A stretch of 43,245 nt of DNA from a virus (Duplodnaviria > Caudoviricetes), in IMG/VR virus record IMGVR_UViG_3300005323_000369, positions 1-43,245 of that record; one strand, written 5' to 3'. The position numbers and the translations under genes are program-made. Below, piece after piece: positions 26,267 through 35,660 of the stretch. Numbering within the stretch: position 1 is the first letter of the stretch; the number at the start of each line of letters is the position of its first letter. Below the pieces are notes generated by a model, which did no database searches, had not been told where the DNA came from, and worked only from the letters and a program-made list of their open reading frames with translations.

Positions 26267-28008
26267 GCGCCCGAACTCCGGTCGTGCTGGTGGCCCTGCC
26301 GAATCTGCCTTATCTTCTCGGAACCTTTGATACCGCTAATTTCCGCAACTGGTGGAGATCGGCTCCGTTTCCCGAAGCGATAGCCGAGCTCAAGAAAGGC
26401 ATTCACATCTACGGCAGGTCCCATCTTGCCATTGCTCGCAGAGTGGATGGCAGATGGGCAGTCTACAGAAGCAAGGATTATGGCATCAACTGGGAACGAG
26501 CCTGGCTCGCAAGTGCCGGTGAGGTGATTTACGATATCGTCCTGATCAACTTCGGCTGGGCGATCATGAATACCTCGGCGGGCTTTTATGAGACCCAGAC
26601 AGCCGGCACCAGCTGGACCAAGGTATCGAATCTGCCGGGTGCGTCGGTTGTTCCTGCCTTCTGCAACATTGACGGCGGAGATGTCCTCCTCTGCACCGAT
26701 GGCCGCTATATCTGGCGCTCGACCGACATTGCCAGGCACTGGACGCTTGTCTGTGACCAGCGTGCCTTACAGCGCATGGTGCCGGGTTATCGATGGATCA
26801 CTTATACCGGCTTGACGTATCCCTGCATCGCCGGGGCAAATGGCTACGTTATCTGCGGTTTTGGCCCTCATGTTACCATTTCAGAAGACGGCGGCTCAAC
26901 CTGGACTGTATTGGACCATCAGTGGGAATACGCTATCCCTGGCGATAACAGATTCTCCTATCCCAATCTCGACCTGATCTGGAACCGATTTCTTCCCGTC
27001 GAGCCTCCGCAGTTCATCATCCGCCAGATACTGATATCATCCATAGACGGACCGAGGCCGATTGATGTTACATACCTGCTCAGGTATGACGATTTATATC
27101 CACTCTCCGGGCAGTCGGCGCTCTATTCCAGGACCTTCGTATCTTATCCCTGGGCGGATAGATATATTGCTTGGAAATGTATATATCAGCAATATATATC
27201 CACCTCAGAAGGAAATCAGCTATCTGCATACGATCTGCCAATAACCGGGGCCAGTACAAAGGATAAGCTGGCATTTTCTGCCCAAACTAGGATGGATGCA
27301 AGCGGCCAGATGCTGCCGAGCCTCAAGTATTCCCTCGATGGAGGCACTACCTGGATCGATATAAATCTTTTAAATATTAAAATCGGTGATCCCGGCGAGG
27401 CTGCAGCCATAGCTTACGGCCCGCTATTTCTCGATGATAATTTTGCAAAGATAACGTGGATCCATGGGGGCTGCGATAATGTCGGTTATTGGGATTTTGT
27501 GGAACAATACCGAAGGCAGTGCTTGAGCAGTGAGATGGACGCCAATCTGGCCAAAGCCCACAGGTCGCAAGACACTATCGACAGCATCATCAGCCAGACA
27601 AAGGTTATTTCCCAGCAGATTGACGGCCTTCTTGAAAAGACAATAGCGCATCCCTACCGGAATGATGTTCTCTGCGAAGGCAGGCAGGCCAAATCATATC
27701 AGTTGGACCGCCAGCTACAGGGCAAGGTGAGCCACGAATCGCCTGTTGATGTGATCCTGTCGGTCGATACGCCATGCCCCTACCAGATAGATGTGGGGCG
27801 GATCTGGAAGCAGCCCCGCAAGTACTACCACCTGGACGCCCTGATGCGCGCCATCGTGGGCCGGAACTATTCTTGTGATGTCGTGCTGGTCAAAAACAAT
27901 CTGAATTCGATATTATCCAAAATGGCAGGCAAGATTCCGCAGTTCCTGGATCTCGATGTGCCTGAAGAATCAGAAGGGGCATTCGATTCCAAGCAGGAGA
28001 CGGTATGA
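26263..28008 (+). CDS. Asp-box (BNR) beta-propeller protein with C-terminal 14-aa repeats; candidate receptor-binding protein
   Basis: SKDYGINW, STDIARHW, SEDGGSTW, SLDGGTTW. Confidence 0.75.
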   Translation: MSARTPVVLVALPNLPYLLGTFDTANFRNWWRSAPFPEAIAELKKGIHIYGRSHLAIARRVDGRWAVYRSKDYGINWERAWLASAGEVIYDIVLINFGWAIMNTSAGFYETQTAGTSWTKVSNLPGASVVPAFCNIDGGDVLLCTDGRYIWRSTDIARHWTLVCDQRALQRMVPGYRWITYTGLTYPCIAGANGYVICGFGPHVTISEDGGSTWTVLDHQWEYAIPGDNRFSYPNLDLIWNRFLPVEPPQFIIRQILISSIDGPRPIDVTYLLRYDDLYPLSGQSALYSRTFVSYPWADRYIAWKCIYQQYISTSEGNQLSAYDLPITGASTKDKLAFSAQTRMDASGQMLPSLKYSLDGGTTWIDINLLNIKIGDPGEAAAIAYGPLFLDDNFAKITWIHGGCDNVGYWDFVEQYRRQCLSSEMDANLAKAHRSQDTIDSIISQTKVISQQIDGLLEKTIAHPYRNDVLCEGRQAKSYQLDRQLQGKVSHESPVDVILSVDTPCPYQIDVGRIWKQPRKYYHLDALMRAIVGRNYSCDVVLVKNNLNSILSKMAGKIPQFLDLDVPEESEGAFDSKQETV

Positions 28009-28550
28009 CGCTGAGCGAAGAACAGTGGCAGAAGATTTATGACGGCCTTCCCGTCAGCTTCACCGGCGCGGTGCTGGGAAAGGAGCGGGCCGACCAGTAT
28101 GTGAACTCCAAAAAGCTGCCTGGCTATCCCTTCATGCTGGTCTCGATCATTTCCCAGGGGATACCCGTCAGCGACGTGCGGCGTGATGTCAGCTCCGTGT
28201 ACAATCCTGTCACGAAAGTGCGAATCGTGAAGTTCAGCCAGAACATGAAGGCCCGGATATCCTGCATCATAGAAGCCCTGGATATCACGGAAGTAGAGCT
28301 CTTGGCGAGCCTATTCTATAGGGAGCTTTACCGGGCGGAGCTTGGAGTCAATCCCATCCAGGATAGGATGCAGTTTCGTGGGGTCGATCCGCCCGAGGCC
28401 ATTCCGCCCTATCGAAACGATAAACTCAAGAAGCTTGTGCAGCGGCGTGCAGTTGATTTTTTTGTAGAATACGAATTTTCCTGGACGATGCCATTTGAGA
28501 CAATCCAGGAATTTGACGTTGATGTTGGTTATAAAAATAGATCGACTTGA
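28005..28550 (+). CDS. Putative tail terminator
   Basis: 181 aa with YPFMLVSII motif, immediately upstream of the sheath region. Confidence 0.55.
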   Translation: MTLSEEQWQKIYDGLPVSFTGAVLGKERADQYVNSKKLPGYPFMLVSIISQGIPVSDVRRDVSSVYNPVTKVRIVKFSQNMKARISCIIEALDITEVELLASLFYRELYRAELGVNPIQDRMQFRGVDPPEAIPPYRNDKLKKLVQRRAVDFFVEYEFSWTMPFETIQEFDVDVGYKNRST

Positions 28551-28586
28551 ATCTTTTTTTAGCCATAATATTATCAAGGTGATGTA

Positions 28587-28769
28587 ATGGTTCGACAAAA
28601 AGGGACTCTCATCAACTTCCTGGGGGATGGGGCCATTTCAACAGCATCATTGAAGTGGCTTCACCGGACCGGGAAGATTGCGGTGGGAAAGGAACGGACC
28701 CAGATAATCGAGCGGCAGCAGCTCAAAGCCTGGGGCATTCTGATTGAATCTGGTGGAAGTGAGGCCTGA
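28587..28769 (+). CDS. Small hypothetical protein
   Basis: AGGTGA RBS; TGATG overlap with sheath start. Confidence 0.55.
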   Translation: MVRQKGTLINFLGDGAISTASLKWLHRTGKIAVGKERTQIIERQQLKAWGILIESGGSEA

Positions 28770-30688
28770 TGTCAGAAATTATCGAGCAGATCGGCGATTC
28801 GAGCTATCCGGTAGGCCTGGTTATCCGCATGGGCATCATGGGCGTGACGTCCGTGCCCCTTGGAGCAAACGTCATGGCTGCCCTGGGCCAGGCCTCGCAC
28901 GGGCCGGCCATGCAGGTATTGCCCCTGACCAGCAGCTACGAAACCAACCTCTACTACCAGAGCGGGCCGCTCGAACGGGCCGGAAAGGTCGGATTCGCCC
29001 AAGGCCTGCCTGCAGGCTACTTCATCCGGGTGCTTGGCAAAGGATATGCATCGGCCAGGAAGCACGCCCACGATGGCCTTGTGGCCACTGAGACCGAGAC
29101 ATTCTATGGAGACGGCGGAGAAGGGCCCTATCCCCTGGGCTATAAGTGCTACACCCAGAACGCGGCAAACTCGGTTCATATCGGCTCGACCGAAAAGACG
29201 ATCGTCTATGATCCCGCCTCTCTGCTCGCCGGCAAGGTCTATCTGGACCAGGAGAACGGCACGCTGACGTTCTTTGAAAACGAGGGCCCCACCAACCTGC
29301 AGCTCGTCACCTGCTCTCTGGAGCATTATGGCAATGTGGGAACCTGGTCGAGCCCCAACGACGGAATCACAGGCAACTCGGCCTTCGTGATTGTGGCCGA
29401 CGGCACCTTCGGCTCTCATGATGTCGAAGAGTTCCCCGGAGACGGCACGGCTGGGCCCTATTACCTGCAGAGGGCAAATCTTGTGCAGAATAGCGAGAAC
29501 CAGGTGTTCGTGGGCAATGCGTCAAAGACCATCGTCTACAGTCCCGGAGACCTGGCATCGGGTAAGGTCTATGTCAATACCTCAAAAGGCTCTCTTATGT
29601 TCTTTGCGGGCGAAGAGCCAGCCGAGACGGATGCCATCACGGTCAATGTGCTCTACAAAACCAAGAAGATCACCATCCACGACGGCGAGGTTGCCTATCC
29701 GGCTATTGATAACCTGAACGATCTTGCAGACCTGCAGGCAGCCCTCATCTACAACCAGATCGTCAACTTCACACCGGATGCTCTGGCCACTCACCTTCCG
29801 GCCAATGGCACCTATTCCCTGGCCGGCGGTGTGGATGGTGCAGCAGTCACGGCAGACGACTATGCGGACGCCATGGATGTCCTCATGGAGTACCTGGAGA
29901 CGACTCTCACGAACGTCACCACCGTGGTCTTCTGCGATAACGAGATCGAGGAGGGCACCTACGACCTTGTGCCGGTCATGGCGGGCAAGCTCAACGAGAT
30001 GAAGAAGAACTTCTATCCCGCTATCGGCTTCATAGGCATGCAGCCCAACGAGGATTCGGCCCATGCCATTGCCGTGGCCAGCAACTTCTCGAACTACGAG
30101 CTGGTGGTGGTAGTGAATCCCTGGGACAAGACCTCACCGGACAGGCTGGATGCGACCGTTGCCCGGGCCGCCCAGGAGGCAACAGCGCCCCTGGGCACGT
30201 CCTGCGCCAGGCGTGTCAGCAACATGAGCCTGCAGGGGCTCTCAGCCTACGGCCTGCTGAATACCTACCGCAGAGAGACCGTCAAAGCACTGCATAACGG
30301 CAGGCTGGATGTGCTCGTCAAGACCAACGCAGGTATCTTCAGTTTCTACGGACGGAACACCTCGAACGTGGAGCAGTACAAAGAATGCGTTGATGTGCGC
30401 ACAATCAACTACATGATCTGGGTGATCAAGTACATCACCGACCAGTTCTACTTTGCCAAGAACACTCCGTCAGAGCGGGCTACTCTGAAATCGGATATCG
30501 CCAATGTGCTGGACCGTCTGAAATCGGATGAGGTCATGGATGCCTACACCCTGGCCGTCACCTCCGGCAGACCTGAAGGCAACAAGGGCCTGGTGAGGGT
30601 GAAGCTTGAGGCCGAGAACGTGGGCCACATCAAGCAGTTCGTCGTGGACTACTACAATGGCATCATTGCCGATGCCCAGGTGGCTTGA
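28769..30688 (+). CDS. Contractile tail sheath protein
   Basis: 639 aa; GQASHGP, LAGGVDG...DYADA, C-terminal GRNT...VRTINY...I...L..L sheath pattern; precedes the tube gene. Confidence 0.88.
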   Translation: MSEIIEQIGDSSYPVGLVIRMGIMGVTSVPLGANVMAALGQASHGPAMQVLPLTSSYETNLYYQSGPLERAGKVGFAQGLPAGYFIRVLGKGYASARKHAHDGLVATETETFYGDGGEGPYPLGYKCYTQNAANSVHIGSTEKTIVYDPASLLAGKVYLDQENGTLTFFENEGPTNLQLVTCSLEHYGNVGTWSSPNDGITGNSAFVIVADGTFGSHDVEEFPGDGTAGPYYLQRANLVQNSENQVFVGNASKTIVYSPGDLASGKVYVNTSKGSLMFFAGEEPAETDAITVNVLYKTKKITIHDGEVAYPAIDNLNDLADLQAALIYNQIVNFTPDALATHLPANGTYSLAGGVDGAAVTADDYADAMDVLMEYLETTLTNVTTVVFCDNEIEEGTYDLVPVMAGKLNEMKKNFYPAIGFIGMQPNEDSAHAIAVASNFSNYELVVVVNPWDKTSPDRLDATVARAAQEATAPLGTSCARRVSNMSLQGLSAYGLLNTYRRETVKALHNGRLDVLVKTNAGIFSFYGRNTSNVEQYKECVDVRTINYMIWVIKYITDQFYFAKNTPSERATLKSDIANVLDRLKSDEVMDAYTLAVTSGRPEGNKGLVRVKLEAENVGHIKQFVVDYYNGIIADAQVA

Positions 30689-30702
30689 GGGGGTGAAAAG
30701 CT

Positions 30703-31248
30703 ATGCCATTTAATGACGGTGAATCGGTTTTTTCCAAGTACCCTTCGGATATTCAGGTGCGCATCAAGGCGCGGGGCAAGAACATATGGGTGCCCTTCAC
30801 GGGCCTGACCTATGACGTCACCAAGGAGATGACGGCTGAGCACTACAGCGGAGACGGAAGGCCTGTGAATATCACAGAGGGCAACGTCGACTACAAGGGA
30901 ACACTCGAAACCGGCTGGATTGCTCAGGGCCCTCCGGTCGATTGGCTGGAGCAGGGAGTTACGGAGATCGATGCCGAGACCTGGGAGTATCTGCTCTACA
31001 CCTTCCTGATCAATCCCTCTAACCAGGGGCGAAGCGTGCCCTTTGCAATCGAATACCACGAGAGGGAATATACGGGCGTCATCCTGGAGAGCGGGGTCGA
31101 GCAGGTGATCGGCGGCAAGATCTGGGCGGAATTGATAGGCTGCAAGATCAATCATCACAGCTTCAGTTCGGCTCAGGGATCACTGGCCAAGAGATCCTAT
31201 GAGTGGATGGCCAAAAGAATCAAATGGGGCAGCATCGCCGAAGTATGA
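30703..31248 (+). CDS. Tail tube protein
   Basis: 181 aa after sheath; G.VDYKGTL...L.GCKI pattern; GGGGTGA RBS. Confidence 0.78.
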   Translation: MPFNDGESVFSKYPSDIQVRIKARGKNIWVPFTGLTYDVTKEMTAEHYSGDGRPVNITEGNVDYKGTLETGWIAQGPPVDWLEQGVTEIDAETWEYLLYTFLINPSNQGRSVPFAIEYHEREYTGVILESGVEQVIGGKIWAELIGCKINHHSFSSAQGSLAKRSYEWMAKRIKWGSIAEV

Positions 31249-31301
31249 GCACCGGCAGGCATGGTGAGCCTGCACCAGAATTCTATTTTGGTGATTAAAT
31301 T

Positions 31302-31679
31302 ATGGTTACTGATAACAATTCTACACCTGTGGAGATCACTGTTGAGGACATCCTGGCCGGCATAAAAGAGGAAAGGCTCGTGATTATCGAGTCAGGGAAC
31401 CCATCCTACAATGGGAAGTCCATTCGAGTCAGACCTCTGCGGGCCCGGGAGTTTCGCAAGATCACCTCCAAGGTGCATGTCGGAAAGGAGGATCTGCACG
31501 GCAACTTCGAGCTTGCCTTCGAGGCCTGCAGGATCGGCATAATCACTCCCGGCATTGCCGAGAAGCTGGATGACCTGGATCCGGACGTTATTCTGCAGGT
31601 GGGCCAGGACATTCTCGCATCCTCCGAAGCCAAGGACGAGGCCGTCGAGGATTTTACTGGGGCCCCGAGGGGCAGTTAA
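31302..31679 (+). CDS. Tail assembly chaperone (G)
   Basis: Acidic 125-aa ORF between tube and tape measure; IRVRPLRARE. Confidence 0.75.
   Translation: MVTDNNSTPVEITVEDILAGIKEERLVIIESGNPSYNGKSIRVRPLRAREFRKITSKVHVGKEDLHGNFELAFEACRIGIITPGIAEKLDDLDPDVILQVGQDILASSEAKDEAVEDFTGAPRGS
31649..31673 (+). other. Candidate programmed -1 ribosomal frameshift signal
   Basis: G GAT TTT in frame at 31649-31655, then GCCC-CGAG-GGGC hairpin at 31662-31673; -1 frame is open into the 31685-31951 ORF. Confidence 0.6.
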
Positions 31680-31684
31680 TCCTG

Positions 31685-31951
31685 ATGCAGCACCTGGCCG
31701 GCTACAGGCTGGCGGGAGGCTGCATCGACGACCTGACATGCAATCAAGAGCTGTTCGTCGCCCTCGTGGCTGAAGAAGAGCTGCGCCTGAAGGCCAGGCT
31801 GGCCGGGGCAAAAGTCCCGCCGGCAAGACGGCATAACAGCTCGACGAGCAAACAGGATCACTATGGCGAGCTCCTGGAGCAGCAGAAACGCATGCTGAAG
31901 CAGGGCAAGAACGAAGAAGAGCATATCGACAAGTGCGGCAAACCTCTGTAG
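31685..31951 (+). CDS. Tail assembly chaperone extension (T part of GT)
   Basis: In the -1 frame relative to G; no obvious RBS; IDDLT..Q motif. Confidence 0.6.
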   Translation: MQHLAGYRLAGGCIDDLTCNQELFVALVAEEELRLKARLAGAKVPPARRHNSSTSKQDHYGELLEQQKRMLKQGKNEEEHIDKCGKPL

Positions 31952-31960
31952 GCGATCTTT

Positions 31961-34774
31961 TTGGCTGAAAATTCCCGGACCTTCACAAGCATCTTCGATC
32001 TTGTGGATAATTTCACGAGCAAATTCGATGCTATCCAGAAGAGGGCCAATTCCATATCGGAAAGGACTTTCAATGTCGGATTCGATTTTAACCAGTCCAA
32101 GGCTGGCCAGGCGCTCGACAATATCCAGAAGAAGGTTAATGACACCACAAGCACAACAAACAGCTGGAATAATGCGCTCGGCAGGGCGGCGGGAGTGGCC
32201 GACAAGACGGCCAGTTCAACCCAGAAGATAGGCAACGAGGCCCAGAAAACCACCGGCTTTCTCGGATCGATGCAAAGCAAGCTCGAGAATGTGGGCGGCG
32301 TGGCCGACAAGCTCCGGGACAAGTTCGGGGCCATCACGGGTCTGCTGGCGGGTGGATCGATCGGCGGAATGTCCTGGCTAAAAGCAATGGACAGCAAATC
32401 CTTTTCGGACGCAGTCTACGAAAAGCTGTCCAGAAAGAAGGTAGATACGAAGTCGCTGGAGGCGTTCGTAAATAAGGCCAATGAGACAGGCGGCCTCACC
32501 ACATCAGGCAATCGGCTTAGAATAGCAGATGATATCCTGACCAGAACCTCCTTGCGTGGTGGTCGGATGGAGGACGCGACGACTGCACTGGAGAAGATTT
32601 GGTATAAAAAGGGAACGTACCTGCAGGAGAACTATGGTGTCCGGAGCGTAGACGATCTGTCGGATATCCTGACCAAGAAGCGACTGGGCCCAGGAGATAA
32701 GCAGATGCTCGATGATCTGAACATCCGGGGCACCGGTGCCACGAGTCGCGTTCGCTCTGCTCAAAAATTGGCAGCAGGACCGGAATACGACGTAGAGAAG
32801 CTTGTGGCAGAAGATCCTTATCAGGCGTTCCTCAATAAATTATCCGATACCTCGAAGAATGTCGGAAAAACCATGATCGAGCCCATGAATATGGTCCTTG
32901 GAAAAGTCAATGACCTGCTCGATCTCATCAACAACATCCCCGGAGCTCCGGGGCTGATTGCCATAATAGTGGCGATGACTGCAGCAGCTGGGGGAGCCAG
33001 CCTGCTTCTGACGGTGCTCGGACCCCTGATACCACTCATGACGGCCCTCAAGGTCGCTATGTTTGGTCAAGCAGTAGCTACTGCGGCAGCATCCACATCT
33101 ACAAGCGTTATGGCTGTGGCGGGTTTCGGAGGAACTGCTGCAAATACAGCTCTCGCTGCATCTTCAACTGCTGCATCCGGTGGTTTCTGGGCGATGGCCG
33201 CCGGAATATGGGCGGCTGTCGCGCCACTTCTTGTAATTGCCGTGCCCCTTATCGCTCTTGGTGCAGCCCTTTACCTGGTTGAGCAGAAGACGCACATTTT
33301 CAGCAAGGCCTTCAAGCAGCTCGGAAAAACTGAGATGGCCCACGACCTGCTCGGCTTTTTCAAGGACATGGGCTATTGGATTCGTGAAGGTATCAAGTGG
33401 GTAGACACGCTGTATAAGATGCTCAAGACCACAGGATTGTCGAAGGTCGTACTGGGAGCCGCCTTCGGCCCCATTGGTTTAGGACTCGGTGCAGCCAGCA
33501 TGCTCTCTGGCAAGGATCCGGGCGAGCTTTTGGGCTGGATAATTGATCAAGACAAAAATATTATACGCTGGATCGTCACAACATTTCCCTTCTTTGCCCG
33601 CATTCATGAGATCCTGAAGAAGGTGCTTGGTGTCTTTGAGTGGCTTTACAGCCTTTTCCAGAGCTTCTGGAGCTGGATCCAGAGGGCTATGCCCGGGGCC
33701 GAGAAAGAAACGGCACGGCAAAAGCTGGAGAAGGATATTTCCGGAGCCAACAATGCAACCAAAGGCGAACGAACTTTATGGTACGATTACAACGACAAAA
33801 GCTTCTGGACAAAGCGAACTGACATCCCCAATGGACCAACGCAGAAGTTATCCCAAGGCGAGCTCGCTGATCTCTACGGAGAAGGGCGTGCAAAGAAGTT
33901 CGTAGAGAAAGCCGAAACCTACGAGAGCAAGCCGGGATTCGCTGAGGGGATAGCAGAGGCTGTGAAGAAGGGCATCAGCGGCATAGGCACGGAAATCGCA
34001 AATGCCATCAAGGGCCTTGTGATGGAAATTCCAGGAATGCCGGAGCTTGCAAAAGCGATAACCGATCTTCAAACATGGCTTGATGATCATAATTTGGGTG
34101 GCGCTGTCGAGGGTGTAAAATCGGCAGTCACAACGGGTACGGGCACGGTAGCTTTTGGTGCGGGGTATCCACTCATGACAAGCTCCTATGATGCTGCATC
34201 CAATCAATTACCAATCATAGATGCTGTGCTGTCGACCTCAGTAAAGACATTGGCAGCGGGCCCATTGAGCGGGCCCATTGAATCCATCTCCATAATCGCA
34301 AACCGCAACTCTGAGGGTGAGTCCCAGCCAACCGTCGACCAAGTCGCTGCAACTTATGTCAATATTCAGGACCCCGCCCAAACCTTAACCAAGAAGCAGT
34401 ATGACGACCTGGATCCCGATCAGCAGGCTGGATGGAAGGCCAAGTATGCCACAGGTGCCAGATTTAGCCGGGGAGGATTGTTTGCAGGTATTGTGGACAC
34501 TACAGAAGAGATAATACCTCAAGCAGTCACGCAAAGAGGCGCAGGCCCCATCTCTCGTGCCCTTGGTTTGCTGGATTCCGTAATGAGCGGCCAGCCGTCA
34601 TCCATGGGAGCAGGAGCTGGGGCGATCCACATTCATATGCCCACGCAGGATTTTTCCGGCATGAAAATTTCGAGTGACGTGGATTTCAAACGCCTGGTGA
34701 TAGATGCTAACAAAAAAACATTTGATGATGTGATGAAAGAAGTCAAGAAGATAGTCGGGCCGGGCCGTACCTAA
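31961..34774 (+). CDS. Tape measure protein
   Basis: 937 aa, helical, Ala/Gly-rich, hydrophobic central segments; N-terminal DLVDNFT; C-terminal YATGA...EEIIP. Confidence 0.88.
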   Translation: MAENSRTFTSIFDLVDNFTSKFDAIQKRANSISERTFNVGFDFNQSKAGQALDNIQKKVNDTTSTTNSWNNALGRAAGVADKTASSTQKIGNEAQKTTGFLGSMQSKLENVGGVADKLRDKFGAITGLLAGGSIGGMSWLKAMDSKSFSDAVYEKLSRKKVDTKSLEAFVNKANETGGLTTSGNRLRIADDILTRTSLRGGRMEDATTALEKIWYKKGTYLQENYGVRSVDDLSDILTKKRLGPGDKQMLDDLNIRGTGATSRVRSAQKLAAGPEYDVEKLVAEDPYQAFLNKLSDTSKNVGKTMIEPMNMVLGKVNDLLDLINNIPGAPGLIAIIVAMTAAAGGASLLLTVLGPLIPLMTALKVAMFGQAVATAAASTSTSVMAVAGFGGTAANTALAASSTAASGGFWAMAAGIWAAVAPLLVIAVPLIALGAALYLVEQKTHIFSKAFKQLGKTEMAHDLLGFFKDMGYWIREGIKWVDTLYKMLKTTGLSKVVLGAAFGPIGLGLGAASMLSGKDPGELLGWIIDQDKNIIRWIVTTFPFFARIHEILKKVLGVFEWLYSLFQSFWSWIQRAMPGAEKETARQKLEKDISGANNATKGERTLWYDYNDKSFWTKRTDIPNGPTQKLSQGELADLYGEGRAKKFVEKAETYESKPGFAEGIAEAVKKGISGIGTEIANAIKGLVMEIPGMPELAKAITDLQTWLDDHNLGGAVEGVKSAVTTGTGTVAFGAGYPLMTSSYDAASNQLPIIDAVLSTSVKTLAAGPLSGPIESISIIANRNSEGESQPTVDQVAATYVNIQDPAQTLTKKQYDDLDPDQQAGWKAKYATGARFSRGGLFAGIVDTTEEIIPQAVTQRGAGPISRALGLLDSVMSGQPSSMGAGAGAIHIHMPTQDFSGMKISSDVDFKRLVIDANKKTFDDVMKEVKKIVGPGRT

Positions 34775-34791
34775 TTCATGCGGGCATAAAC

Positions 34792-34911
34792 CTACAACTT
34801 GGCCGCAAATCGTTCGAGCGTGGCCTGCTCGCCTTCCCGATGAGGCCGCCAGGAGCGGAACCTGAACGGCTCCTGGTTCTCGTCTTTCTTCTGTTCCTTT
34901 GCGCACATCAT
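34792..34911 (-). CDS. 39-aa antisense microprotein with C-terminal PIP-box-like motif
   Basis: MMCAKEQKKDENQEPFRFRSWRPHREGEQATLERFAAKL; fills the intergenic gap; TATA-like tract about 30 nt upstream. Confidence 0.45.
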   Translation of the reverse strand: MMCAKEQKKDENQEPFRFRSWRPHREGEQATLERFAAKL

Positions 34912-34971
34912 ATAATAATGTCTTGATAGTCACTGATATTTATATTTATGTATTTCAATTGGAGATAATTT

Positions 34972-35181
34972 ATGCAATTACCTTCCGATATCCTGGATAA
35001 TCTCAACCTTTCTGTCAGCCGCCATAAGCACCCTGAGGCCCTGGACTGGACCGAGGTTGGCGGTGCTTGGACCGCTCGGGAGGGTGATAGAACCTTCACA
35101 CTCGTGCATAGCGAAAGATTCGGCTACGTCATAGCCGAGACGAAGTCCACGAGCTACGGCGTGGGGGTGGGCATAGAATGA
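34972..35181 (+). CDS. Small hypothetical protein
   Basis: 69 aa; TTTATA at 34939 and GGAGA upstream; ATGA overlap with next gene. Confidence 0.55.
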   Translation: MQLPSDILDNLNLSVSRHKHPEALDWTEVGGAWTAREGDRTFTLVHSERFGYVIAETKSTSYGVGVGIE

Positions 35182-35657
35182 AGTTTCAGATAGGCTGGCT
35201 CACACTTGGCGAGAATGCCGAAGGTCCGGACCCAGGCCCGAGAGATGCTACATGGCATAAGGCCAATGTGGTTGTCGTTAAGCAGATCCCTGGCAAAGGC
35301 AAGAAATTCATCACCGAAAGGACCTCCGACATAACGCTCGATGAATGCGACCTGGTGGTGCGCAGCATCACAGCCACTCGCTACTCACAGCTCAAGCTCC
35401 TTTGCGATATGGGCGGTCCGTATAGAGTGATGTGCAACCACGGCGTTCTGAATATGTACATCGTCGACCGATCCATAAATCATTCGGAAAATGACAAAGA
35501 GCCGCCCCAGAAGACAGATGATGATTCAGACCTCCTGAATGTTGCCACCTGGACGATCAAGCTCCAAGAAGCCTATGACGGGAAATCCAATGACGGAGAC
35601 GAGATCACGGGAAATCTCGGGAACATCCCCGAACTGGTGCAGATAGCGGAGACGTAA
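35178..35657 (+). CDS. Putative tail tube initiator / baseplate protein
   Basis: Position between tape measure and hub; ends with WTIKLQE strand. Confidence 0.5.
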   Translation: MKFQIGWLTLGENAEGPDPGPRDATWHKANVVVVKQIPGKGKKFITERTSDITLDECDLVVRSITATRYSQLKLLCDMGGPYRVMCNHGVLNMYIVDRSINHSENDKEPPQKTDDDSDLLNVATWTIKLQEAYDGKSNDGDEITGNLGNIPELVQIAET

Positions 35658-35660
35658 TCT

